From Squalus acanthias (Eukaryota): a DNA stretch of 64,000 nt. The DNA is taken from positions 87,608,001 through 87,672,000 of the forward strand of contig CM059432.1 in NCBI GenBank assembly GCA_030390025.1. The letters are read 5' to 3'. The position numbers and the translations under genes were made by a program. Under the pieces are notes generated by a model. The model had not been told where the DNA came from and did not search any database. It saw nothing but the letters and a program-made list of their open reading frames with translations. Within the stretch, counting starts at the first letter, position 1; each line of letters opens with the position of its first letter. Shown one piece after another: positions 1-11,668 of this stretch.

Positions 1-3000
1 GAGTCTTGCTGTGATCGGGGGGGTGGTGTTGCTGTGATCGGGGGGTCTTGCTGTGATCGGGGGGTCTTGCTGTGATCGGGTGGGTCTTGCTGTGATCGGG
101 GGGTCTTGCTGTCATCGGGTGGGTCTTGCTGTGATCAGGGGGGGTGCTTGCTGTGATCGGGGGGTTTTGCTGTGATCGGGGGGGGGTCTTGCTGTGATCG
201 GGGGGTCTTGCTGTGATCGGGGGGCCTTGCTGTGATCGGGGGGTCTTGCCGTGATCGGGGGTTCTTGCTGTGATCGGGGGGCTTGCTGTGATCGGGGGGT
301 CTTGCTGTGATCGGGGAGTCTTGCTGTGATCGGACGGTGGGGTCTTGCTGTGATCGGGGGGCCTTGCTGTGATTGGGGGGTCTTGCTGTGATCGGGGGTC
401 TTGCTGTGATTGGGGGGGTCTTGCTTTGATCGGGGGGTCTTGCTGTGATCGGGGTGGTATTGCTGTGATCGGGGAGTCTTGCTGTGATCGGGGGGTGGGT
501 TCTTGCTGTGATCGGGGGGGTCTTGCTGTGATCAGGGGGTCTTGCTGTGATCGGGGTGTCTTGCTGTGATCGGAGGGTCTTGCTGTGATCGGGTGGGGGT
601 CTTGCTGTGATCGGGGGGGTCCTGCTGTGATCGGGGGGGGTCTTGCTGTGATCGGGGGGGGGTCTTGCTGTGATCGGGGGGGGGGTCTTGCTGTGATCGG
701 GGGGTCTTGCTGTGATCGGGGGGGTCTTGCTGTGATCGGGGGGGGGGGTCTTGCTGTGATCGGGGGGGGGGGGTCTTGCTGTGATCGGGGGCGGGGGGGG
801 TCTTGCTGTGATCGGGGTGTCTTGCTGTGATCGGAGGGTCTTGCTGTGATCGGGTGGGGGTCTTGCTGTGATCGGGGGGGTCCTGCTGTGATCGGGGGGG
901 GTCTTGCTGTGATCGGGGGGGGGGGTCTTGCTGTGATCGGGGGGTCTTGCTGTGATCGGGGGGGTCTTGCTGTGATCGGGGGGGGGTCTTGCTGTGATCG
1001 GTGGGGGGGGTCTTGCTGTGATCGGGGGGGGGGGGTCTTGCTGTGATCGGGTGGGTCCTGCTCTGTTCGGGGGGGTCTTGCTGTGATCGGGGGGGTCTTG
1101 CTGTGATCGGTGGGTGGGGTCTTGCTGTGATCGGGGGGGGAATCTTGCTGTGATCGGGGGGTCTTGCTGTGATCGGGGGGTATTGCTGTGATCGGGGGGT
1201 CTTGCTGTGATCGGGGGGGTCTTGCTGTGATCGGGTGGTCTTGCTGTGATCAGGGGGGGTCTTGCTGTGATCGGGGGGGAGTCTTGCTGTGATCGGGGGG
1301 TCTTACTGTGATCGGGGGGAGTCTTGCTGTGATCGGGTGGTCTTACTGTGATCGGGGGGTCTTGCTGTGATCGGGTGGTCTTGCTGTGATCGGGGGGGGC
1401 TTGCTGTGATCGGGGGTCTTCCTGTGATCGGGGGGGAGTCTTGCTGTGATCGGGGGGTTCTTGCTGTGATCGGGGTGTCTTGCTGTGATCGGGGGGGACT
1501 TGCTGTGATCGGGAGGGTCTTGCTGTGATCGGGGGGTCTTGCTGTGATCGGGGGGTCTTGCTGTGATCGGGTGGGTCTTGCTGTGATCGGGGGGGGGGGT
1601 CTTGCTGTGATTGGGGGGTCTTGCTGTCATTGGGTGGGTCTTGCTGTGATCGGGGGGGACTTGCTGTGATCGGGGGGTCTTGCTGTGATCGGGAGGGTCT
1701 TGCTGTGATCGGGGGGTTTTGCTGTGATCAGGGGGTGTCTTGCTGTGATCGGGGGGTCTTGCTGTGATCGGGGGGTCTTGCTGTGATCGGGGGGCCTTGC
1801 TGTGATCGGGGGGTCTTGCTGTGATCGGGGGGTCTTGCTGTGATCGGGGGGGTCTTGCTGTGATCGGGGGGTCTTGCTGTGATCGGGGAGTCTTGCTGTG
1901 ATCGGACGGTGGGGTCTTGCTGTGATCGGGGGGTCTTGCTGTGATCGGGGGGCCTTGCTGTGATCGGGGGGTCTTGCTGTGATCGGGGGGTCTTGCTGTG
2001 ATCGGGGGGGTCTTGCTTTGATCGGGGGGTCTTGCTGTGATCGGGGAGTCTTGCTGTGATTGGGGGGTGGGTTCTTGCTGTGATCGGGGGGGTCTTGCTG
2101 TGATCGGGGGGATCTTGCTGTGATCGGGGGGGGGGTCTTGCTGTGATCGGGGGGGTCTTGCTGTGATCGGGGGGTCTTGCTGTAATCGGGGGGTATTGCT
2201 GTGATCGGGGGGTCTTGCTGTGATCGGGGGGTGGGGTCTTGCTGTGATCGAGGGTGGTCTTGCTGTGATCGGGGGGTGGGGTCTTGCTGTGATCGGGGGG
2301 TCTTGCTGTGTTCGGGGGGGTCTTGCTGTGAGCGGGGGGTCTTGCAGTGATCAGGGGGGTCTTGCTGTGATCGGGGGGTCTTGCTGTGAGCGGGGGGTCT
2401 TGCAGTGATCAGGGGGGTCTTGCTGTGATCGGGGGGTCTTGCTGTGTTCGGGGGGGTCTTGCTGTGAGCGGGGGGTCTTGCAGTGATCAGGGGGGTCTTG
2501 CTGTGTTCGAGGGGTCTTGCTGTGATCGGGGGGGGTCTTGCTGTGATCGGGGGGGTGTCTTGCTGTGATCGGGGGGTCTTGCTGTGATCGAGGGTGGTCT
2601 TGCTGTGATCGGGGGGTGGGGTCTTGCTGTGATCGGGAGGTGGGTATTGCTGTGATCGGGGGGTCTTGCTGTAATCGAGGGGTCTTGCTGTGATCGGGGG
2701 GTATTGCTGTGATCGGGGGGGTCTTGCTGTGATCGGGGGGTCTTGCTGTGATCGGGGGGTCTTGCTGTGATCGGGGGGGTCTTGCTGTGATCGGGGGGTA
2801 TTGCTGTGATCGGGGGGTATTGCTGTGATCGGGGGGGTCTTGCTGTGATCGGGGGGGTCTTGCTGTGATCGGGGGGTCTTGCTGTGATCGGGGGGGTCTT
2901 GCTGTGATCGGGGGGTCTTGCTGTGATCGGGGGGGTCTTGCTATGATCGGGGGGTCTTGCTGTGATCGGGGGGGAGTCTTGCTGTGATCGGGGGGGAGTC

Positions 3001-3425
3001 TTGCTGTGATCGGGGGGTCTTGCTGTGATCGGGGGGAGTCTTGCTGTGATCGGGGGGGGAGTCTTGCTGTGATCGGGGGTGGAGTCTTGCTGTGATCGGG
3101 GGGGGTCTTGCTGTGATCGGGGGGTCTTGCTGTGATCGGGGGGGTCTTGCTGTGATCGGGGGGGTCTTGCTGTGATCGGGGGGTATTGCTGTGATCGGGG
3201 GGTCTTGCTGTGATTGGGGGGAGTCTTGCTGTGATCGGGGGGGTCTTGCTGTGATCGGGGGGAGTCTTGCTGTGATCGGGGGCTTCTTGCTGTGATCGGG
3301 GGGTATTGCTGTGATCGGGGGGGTCTTGCTGTGATCGGGGGGGTCTTGCTGTGATCGGGGGGGTGTTTTGCTGCGGTCAGGGGCGGGGTTTTGCTGTGAT
3401 CAGTGGGAGGGGGGTCTTGCTGCTC
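1..3425. repeat. G-rich minisatellite, unit GTCTTGCTGTGATC + variable G run (~18-25 bp); runs off the left edge of the window
   Basis: Well over a hundred directly visible tandem copies. The overlapping ORFs (GGLAVIG/GSCCDR/PPITAR) are just translations of the unit. Confidence 0.99.
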
Positions 3426-4579
3426 TCTGGGGGTAGTCTGGTGCAAGGGAGGTCCAAGGCTTCATTGTGAGGTGCAGAAGTGCACCCCTGCCTCTCCTGA
3501 CCCATAAAGAAACCTGAAAAATAAATTTAAAGCTTACCTTCTGGGCCTCTTCTGGCCCAGGATCCGGCTCTCAGCAGTTAACTTTTGATGGGATTAAGCA
3601 CACTAATGCTACTTTGCACATTAAACTCTGCCAAGTACATGCTGTGACCTTGAAAACTGAATTTTAATATCAGTGATGGGTTAAAGCCAAGTAACACTAT
3701 GATATTGTATGATTCGGATTCAGTTGACTATACCAATGAACAGCCCTGAATTTCAGCAGCAATAACTCCGATAAAAGAGCTGGTGATTGATGGACCCCTG
3801 GAGAAACGACGTTAACAGTTGCCTTCAGCCATTTACACCATTTCTCCGGGGGTTCCACTGATCTCCCACTGAAGTTGCAGTGGAAGTTCAGGACAAGTTA
3901 ATACTGCACATTCTAATGATGTTAACCATAATATTATAGATATAGTTGTAGGAGAAAGTAATTGTTAGGAGAACGCTGAGATTTGGGTAATAACCTCGAG
4001 ATCTTCCAAGTGCTCTAAGAGTTAATGGTAAACCTTTGCAGTACAGTATTATACTGACATTAACCACTGACTGTAACAGCTACTTGAAGTGAGTTGTTTT
4101 TTGAATGATGACTCCCTGAGCCAAACAGAATTACATACTAGCCATACATGATAAATCCTGATCCAGTCCTTGTGGAATTTTCAATTTAGTTCTTCCTACT
4201 TCCTGTTGCTTGTGATCCAAACTAAGCTCAATGTATCATTCTCCCTTCCAATGGAAAACTTCAGTCATATTGAAACAGTAGCCACACATGATAAATGCTC
4301 ACCTGATTCTTCCTATGAGATTTTTGATTGAATTCATCCTGCTGCTTGTGATCCATGCTAAGCTCAATGTACTGGTCTGACTTCCAGGGGAGAACTTCAA
4401 TCATATCTTGAATGCAGCATATGATACAGCACAGAAGGAGACCATTCGGCCCATCGTGCCTGTGCCGGCTCCTTGGTAGAGCGATCGATTTAGTCCCCTG
4501 CTCTTTCCCCATAGCCATGATCATTTTTTCCCTTCAAATATTTATCCAATTCCCTTTTCAAAGTTACTATTGAATCTGC

Positions 4580-6257
4580 TGTAGGGGGTGGTGGTGTGTG
4601 TCAGCTTTACCTCTGACTTCTGAGCGGTTCGAATCGCTCCCACTCCCTTGGTTCCAGACCTTGGACTTATTTGGGGGTTGTGATACAAAGGTGCAGCAGA
4701 CAACTGAGTTTGATGAAAGAACTTCAATCTTTATTAAAAAGGTAAGACGCAAATAATAACACTCTTAACACTCTAAAGGTGGGGAACACTTCAGTACAAG
4801 CGAGGGAAATGACAGTAGAACAATACTTCACCCCTCCCAACCCCACTTTACGAGCTAAATTAGGTTTTGAAGGACCAGGGATAATGCTCACCAATCCTTT
4901 GACAGTTGGGCTAAATCGCGGTTTTGGGGTTCGCTGTTTATGGCGGTTAGTGTCTGCCGTACCCCGTACGCGGTAGAGGACTTCACCTGAGTCTCTGGTC
5001 AGTCTTCGCGAGTCTGCTGATGCGGTAGGATGTCGTTTTGGATTTATCTGGTGAGTACCAAATTTCTTTGGTTTAGCAGTAGGGCTTAGAGTCTTTGGGG
5101 AAAATCTTACCCAGGAGTAAGTCAGGAGTAGTTTGTAGTGTGGAAACTTTGCGGTTCTTCGGGTTTTCTTCCCTGGAGTTAGTCTTTGTTGGTCGCGGTG
5201 GCCTGCTATTACCCGGTCAGTTGGGGGTAATGCGCGGTTGTTGGTTTCGTGAGGCCTTTGGTTTCCGCGATGGCTTTAGGCCTTGTTTTGTGTGTCGGTC
5301 GACCTCGTGGAGCCGTCGGTGACTTGTTGCTGCTTGTTGCTCCGGGTGACTGTGTTGGGACCGTTGTTGGAGGTCCGTCGAGGTGGCATCTTCACAAGCT
5401 GGACTCAGGTGTGTCTGAGTGGTGAGCGATGCCGACTCGCTTCCAGCTCGGGTTTTCTTCTTCCTGGTTTCTTCTTCTTCTGATGACCACCGGTTGCGAC
5501 TGACTGCTCAGCCTAGAGCTGCTTGATGGGCCTTCAATTATACTAAATTGAAGTGGCCTTATCTACTCGCCAAATCTACTCAGTTCATTGTCTGGTTTTT
5601 GGCGGGCTCGTAAATCGGTAACGACTTACTAGCACGTTAACTGGGATTTTAACAGGCCTTCAATCTCACCCATTGAACATGGCCTTATCTACCCGCCAAA
5701 TCTGCTCAGTTCATTGTCTGAATTTTGGCGGGCCTGTTACCAGTAACTGCTCTGTAAGTGTCAAATGGGTTTTGGGATGGTTTGCATCCTGTCGATCTCC
5801 TTGGCTGATCACTGGTGATTGGTTTCGTGTTTTGGGTTTCTAGGCTGGACTCAGTCTTTTCTATAGACTGGTCCTGAGTGATTTGTATTATGCAAGTTTT
5901 CTGATGGGCCCTGTAATCGGTTTGATAGGACCTATTGTTTTGGGTGGGACTGTCTTCTCCCAGGGTCTATTGTCAAAATGTTAATGCCTGCTGGGACTTG
6001 AGTGAGGTCATCCCAGTTCCCCAGACAGTGCAATTAACTGCAATAACCAAAACTGCTTTTACAGAGGTCGAACCCACCTTCCTTCAGAGCCTTTTCTCCC
6101 TTGACAGGCCCAGACATGTTTTTAAAACGCCAAAACTTGGTTTTTTTTGGTCTTAAATTCCTTAGGTTAGGCCCAAATGCATTTTTATCACTCTGAGGTA
6201 GTTCCAAAGTCCCTTTTCTTTAGGTTTTGGAGATCTGCAAATATTGGAAACCTTACA
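4580..6257 (-). mobile_element. Solo LTR (1,678 bp), Gypsy- or ERV-type
   Basis: TG...CA ends (TGTAGGGG / CCTTACA), 4-bp TSD CTGC (4576-4579, 6258-6261), clean interruption of a CR1, minus-strand AATAAA near 4730-4735, no coding signature. Confidence 0.85.
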
Positions 6258-6832
6258 CTGCTTCCACCAACCCTTTAAGCAGTGCATTCCAGCTCATAAC
6301 AACTCACTGCATAAAAAAATGTTTCTGCATGTCGCCTCTTGTTCTTTTGACAATCACCTTCAATCTGTGCCCTCTGGTTATCGACCCCTCAGCCACTGGA
6401 AACAGTTTCACTTCATTTACTCTATCAACTCTCCTCTTAGCCTTTTCTGCTTCAAGGAGAACAACACCAGCTTCTCCAGTCTATCCATGTAACTTTGGTC
6501 CCTCATCCCTGGAACCAGTCTAGTAAATCTGTTCTGCACTCTCTCCAAAGCCTTCGCGTCTTTCCTAATGTGTGGTGCCCACAATCGAGCACAATACTTC
6601 AGCTGAGGCTTGACCAGTGTTTTATACAGGTTTAGCATATCTTCCTTGCTTTTGCACACTATTACTCTATTAATAAAGCCAATGATCCCATATTCTTTTT
6701 TTGGCAACCTTGTCCTGCCACCTTCAAAGATTTGAGCACAAACACCCCCATCTCTCTCTCTTCCTGCACCTCCTTTAAAATTGTACCATTTTGTTTATAT
6801 TGCCTCTCTTCATTCTTCATACCAAAATGTAT

Positions 6833-7766
6833 CTTCTTCTTCTTAGGCAGTCCCTCGGAACCGAGGATGACTTGCTTCCACACTAAAAATGAGTTCTCAG
6901 GTGACTGATGAGTCCAATGCGGGACCTACAGTCTCTGTCACAGGTGGGGCAGACGGTGGTTGAAGGGGCGGGTGGGTGGGATGCTTGGGTTGACGTGCGC
7001 TCTTTCCGCTGTTTGCGCTTGGCTTCCGCTTGCTCCCGGCGAAGAGACTCGAGGTGTTCGGCGCCTTCCCGATGCTTCTCCTCCACTTTGTACGGTCTTG
7101 GGCCAGGGATTCCCAGGTGTCGGTGGGGATGTTGCACTTTTTCAAGGAGGCTTTGAGGGTATCCTTGAAGCATTTCCTCTGCCCACCTGGGGCTCTCCTG
7201 CCGTGTCGGAGCTCCGAGTAGAGCACTTGTTTTGGGAGTCTCGTATCGGGCATGCGGATGATGTGGCCCGTCCATCGGAGCTGATCGAGTGTGGTCAAAA
7301 TTCGATGCTGGGGATGTTGGCCTGAGCGAGAACACTGACACTGGTGCGTCTAACCTGCCAATGGATTTGCAGGATCTTGCGGAGGCAGCATTGGTGGTAC
7401 CTCTCCAGTGCTTTGAGGTGCCTGCTGTACATGGTCCATGTTTCTGAAGCATACAGGAGGGCGGGTATCACTACTGCTCTGTAGACCATGAGTTTGGTGC
7501 TGGGTTTGAGGTCCTGGTCTTCAAACACTCTCTTCCTCAGGCAACCGAAGGCTGCACTGGCACACTGAAGGCAGTGTTGGACTTCGTCATCGACGTCTGC
7601 CCTTGTTGACAGTAGGCTCCCGAGGTATGGAAAGTGGTCCACGTTGTCAAGGCCTCGTCGTGGATTTTGATAATCGGGGGGCAGTACTGTGTGGCGGGGC
7701 AGGTTGGTAGAGGAGCTTTGTCTTACGGATGTTTAGTGTAAGGCCCATGCTCTCGTACGCTTCGGT
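6833..7766 (-). mobile_element. 5'-truncated RTE-clade LINE
   Basis: DHFPYLGSLLS..ASAAFGCL..KLMVYRAVVIPALLYASETW and QLRWTGHIIRMPDTRLPKQVLYSEL, C-terminal C2H2-like CPTCDRDC..HLRTH, (GAA)n tail at 6833-6843. Confidence 0.9.
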
Positions 7767-8257
7767 GCATTAAATTTCATCTCCCATGTGTCTGCCCATT
7801 TGAACAGTCTGTCTATGTCCTCCTAAAGTCTGTTGCTATCCTCCACATTGTTAACTACATTTCTGAGTTTGTGTCATCTGCAAACTTTGAAATTCTACCC
7901 TGTATACCCAGGTCCAAGTCATTAATATATAATTTAATATATTTATTATAAATACATAGCAGTTTGCAATAGAACAGCTGGTTCATGTCAAGTGTCGACT
8001 GGGCACCTGGAAGGTGCCAGTGGTACAGAAGGTTACCTTGGCTTTCATCAACAGGCATGGTGCTCTTGTTGACTCAGTTGCAGATTTTCCTCCATCAAGT
8101 GATACAACCAGTTGACAGTTTTTTGCTCAACTTGAGCCTCATCCAACACTGCTCTTCAGTGAGCTCCAGGTAGCTGTGCCCTGGTAGAGCATCAAAACCC
8201 CAAGTAGCTCGTAGGCACTATGCTGAGCCTCTTAGAATTATAGATCCATTGTGTCTG

Positions 8258-8722
8258 TGACAGCTGTGGCTCAGTTGGTAGCAGTCTCACCTCTGAGTCA
8301 TTGTCTACAGGTTGTGGGTTCAAGTCCCACTCCAGAGACTTGCGCACAAAAATCTAGGCTGACACTTCACTGCAGTGCTGAGGGAGTGCTGCCGTCTTTC
8401 AGATGAAATGTCAAACTGAGGCCCCGTCTGCTCTCTCAGGTGGACGTAAAAGATCCTATGGCACTATTTCAAAGAAGAGCAGGAGGTGAGTTATCCCCGG
8501 TGTCCTGGCCAATATTTATCCCTCAATCAACATCTAAAACAGATTATCTGGTCATTATCACATTGCTGTTTGTGGGAGCTTGCTGTGTGCAAATTGGCTG
8601 CCGTGTTTCCTACATTACAACAGTGACTACACTTCAAAAAGTAAACTTCATTGGCTGTAAAGTGCTTTGGGACGTCCGGTGGTTGAGAACGGCGCTATAA
8701 AAATGCAATTCTTTCTTCTTTC
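8258..8722 (+). mobile_element. tRNA-derived SINE with Deu-domain-like centre and L2-type tail (SacSINE1/AmnSINE-like)
   Basis: A box TGGCTCAGTTGG, B box GGTTCAAGTCC, central GTGGACGTAAAAGATCCTATGGCACTATTT..CCCCGGTGTCCTGGCCAA. The tail (TTGGGACGT..GGCGCTATA) resembles the L2 3' end at 38500-38550. The family name is from recall. Confidence 0.8.
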
Positions 8723-9930
8723 TGTGTTGGCTCGTTGCTAGAGAAAGCCCTGCATCTTCCTCTACTTCAAAGATTTATCCAATTTTTCCTGAAGGGATGC
8801 AATGGTCTCTGCCTCAACTATTCCCTTCGGCAAAGCATTCCAATCCCCAATGACTTGGAAATGTCTCCAAACCTTTGAAGGCTCTCAATTATCTGACAAA
8901 CTTCAGAGGGATCTTTCAGTTATGTTGGATAATGGAAGTCCCAGCATACTTGGATATATACAGGCAATGAGTTGTTATTCCAAGTTTGATTAATTCAATA
9001 ATTTCTAATTCTTATATTAGCTGCATTACTAATTAGGGTAGGTTTTTGGAGTCCTCACCAATGGCAAGGGATGTTGAAGCCACAAGCACGCATCAGAAAA
9101 TCCTGAGCCTGCTATCCACAATTTTCCAATGCGCTCATACAGCATGTAAGCTATCTCACTACAAGGCAGGATTCTATTGTTTAAAAGTTAAAATGAATCA
9201 TCTCTGGATAAACTACACTACTTAGTATAATATTTCATAGCAAATAGTTAAAAGTAACACACTTTTTCCAATCTATAATTTTGTTTTCAGTGGGGGTGTG
9301 GGTGGGGTGGGGGCAAATGAAATTTATACAAATATTTACACAGTGCTATGTGTGGGCTGTTCACTTAACCAAACATTGCAGCATCAATGTGAGGTATACA
9401 TACATCAACTAAATGAATGCTTTCAGTTTAATAAGAGTAAAGCACAGTAAGATTTCAGCTTCTGAGATCTGATCTTCCTCAGCTCATTTACTGCAGAATA
9501 TATACAAGAATTTCTCAGAAATTACCTCACTGTAAACTGCAGCTCCACACATCAGAACAGATCCTCTCTCTGGCAGGAGCAACACAAATTTCAGAATTCC
9601 GAGAATTTGCTTGTTTCCCTGTGTGCAGCAGATGATGGCTTGAATGATAGGTGTATATTGGGTAAGCAGCGTGACCCAGTGGAGGGATTCTTTTGAAACT
9701 CCGGATAAGGAGTGACACCTACTCGGCTTTTTCCCAATTCTAGATATGTGGCAGCGTAGTCACTTAAATGCTGTTAATACTTGTTATAGCAGCCCATTGT
9801 TTCCCAATGCCTTCTGTGCCATACAACATTATTCTCCATTAAAAGCAGTTAACTCAGCTTTGTAGTCACGGTAACGGTAGCATAGTGGTTATGTTACTGG
9901 ACTAATGATCTGGAGACATTGACAGTTTTT

Positions 9931-11362
9931 ATCTGACAATGTGGAAAACTGCCCAGGTATGTCCTGTCCACAAAAAGCAGGACAAATCCAATCGGGCCAA
10001 TTACCGCCCCATCAGTCTACTCTCAATCATCAGCAAAGTGATGGAAGGTGTCATCGACAGTGCTGTCAAGTGGCACTTACTCACCAATAACCTGCTCACT
10101 GATGCCCAGTTTGGGTTCCGCTAGGACCACTCGATTCCAGACCTCATTACAGCCTTGGTCCAAACATGGACAAAAGAGCTGAATTCCAGAGGTGAGGTGA
10201 GAGTGACTGCCCTTGACATCAAGGCAGCATTTGACAGAGTGTGGCATCAAGGAGCCCTAGTAAAACTGAAGTCAATGGGAATTGGGGGGGAAACTCTCCA
10301 CTGGCTGGAGTCATACCTAGCACAAAGGAAGATGGTTGTGGTTGTTGGCGGTCAATCATCTCAGCCCCAGGACATCGCTGCAGGAGTTCCTCAGGGCAGT
10401 GTCCTGGGCCCAACCATCTTCAGCTGCTTCATCAATGACCTTCCCTCCAACATAAGATCAGAAGTGGGGATGTTCGCTGATGACTGCACAGTGTTCAGCG
10501 ACATTCACAACTCCACAGATAATGAAGCAGTCCATGCCCGCATGCAGCAAGACCTGGATGACATTCAGGCTTGGGCTGATAAGTGGCAGGTAACATTCGC
10601 GCCACACAAGTGCCAGGCAATGACTATCTCCAACAAGCGAGCACCTAACCACCTCCCCTTGACATTCAACGGCATTATCATCACCGAATCCCCCACCATC
10701 AACATCCTGGGGGGTCACCATTGACCAGAAACTTAACTGGACCAGCCACATAAATAATGTGCCAACAAGAGCAGGTCAGAGGCTCGGTATTCTGCGGTGA
10801 GTGTCTCACCTCCTGACTCCCCAAAGCCTTTCCACCATCTACAAGGCACAAGTAAGGAGAGTGATGGAATACTCTCCACTTGCCTGGATGAGTGCAGGTC
10901 CAAAAACACTCAAGAAGTTCGACACAATCCAAGACAAAGCAGCCTGCTTGATTGGCACCCCATCCACCACCTTAAACATTCACTTCCGTGGCTGCAGTGT
11001 GTACCATCTACAAGATGCACTGCAGCAACTTGCCAAGACTTCTTCGACAGCACCTCCCAAACCCGCGACCTTTACCACCTAGAAGGACAAGGGCAACAGG
11101 CGCATGGGAACACCACCACATCCAAGTTCCTCTCCAAGTCACACACCATCCTGACTTGGAAGTATATCGCCGTTCCTTCATCGTCGCTGGGTCAAAATCC
11201 TGGAACACCCTCCCTAACAGCACTGTGGGAGTACCTTCACCACACGGACTGCAGTGGTTCAAGAAGGTGGCTCACCACCACCTTCTGAAGGGCAACTAAG
11301 GATGGGCAATAAATGCTGGCCTTGGCAGCAACACCCACGTCCCATGAACAAATAAAAAAAAA
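9931..11362 (+). mobile_element. 5'-truncated LINE (CR1/L2/Jockey-group 'family B'), RT region with stops and frameshifts
   Basis: ALDIKAAFDRVWH, GVPQGSVLGP, MFADDC motifs; AATAAA and A-tail at 11350-11362. Confidence 0.92.
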
Positions 11363-11668
11363 GGCTCACCATGGTGCATTGGCAGCCAATTTGCAGGAAT
11401 GAAAATATAGAACATACTTTTTATGTATTATGTTTACTCAGGAAATAAATGCACATACGTTCCATATTGGTTTTGTGCTTGTATGTCTATTCAGGGCTAA
11501 AGGTGATTCAAATCAATCTGAGATTGCATACACATTAAGCAACGGTCATCTGATTATCCTTTATGTAATACTCATTGATGTTCTGTGCCATTGCAAAGGC
11601 AAATTTTTTTTTATGTGTCCAGCTGCCCCTGTGACTATCTCTGCCTGTCACAGCCTTTCTAATTCGAT

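Larger units (their letters stand above)
4420..7930 (-). mobile_element. 5'-truncated CR1 LINE, split by a solo LTR (4580-6257) and an RTE LINE (6833-7766)
   Basis: ORF2 C-terminal motifs LYKTLVKPQLKYC..ALERVQNRFTRLVPG (6417-6707) and LYINDLD..ISKFADDT (7855-7930). CR1 3' UTR at ~4420-4579 continues at 6258. Confidence 0.9.

Noticed and set aside
369..3446. ORFs up to 319 aa in the first 3.4 kb; CRISPR-like appearance
   Set aside because: Pure translations of the minisatellite; the 'spacers' are only G runs and there are no cas genes in this eukaryotic context.
8262..8335. tRNA gene
   Set aside because: A and B boxes are present but continue into a SINE body and tail; no acceptor stem.
9527..9720. 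Possible minus-strand exon ending at GAG/GTAAT
   Set aside because: An open frame exists, but there is no convincing acceptor or recognisable protein.
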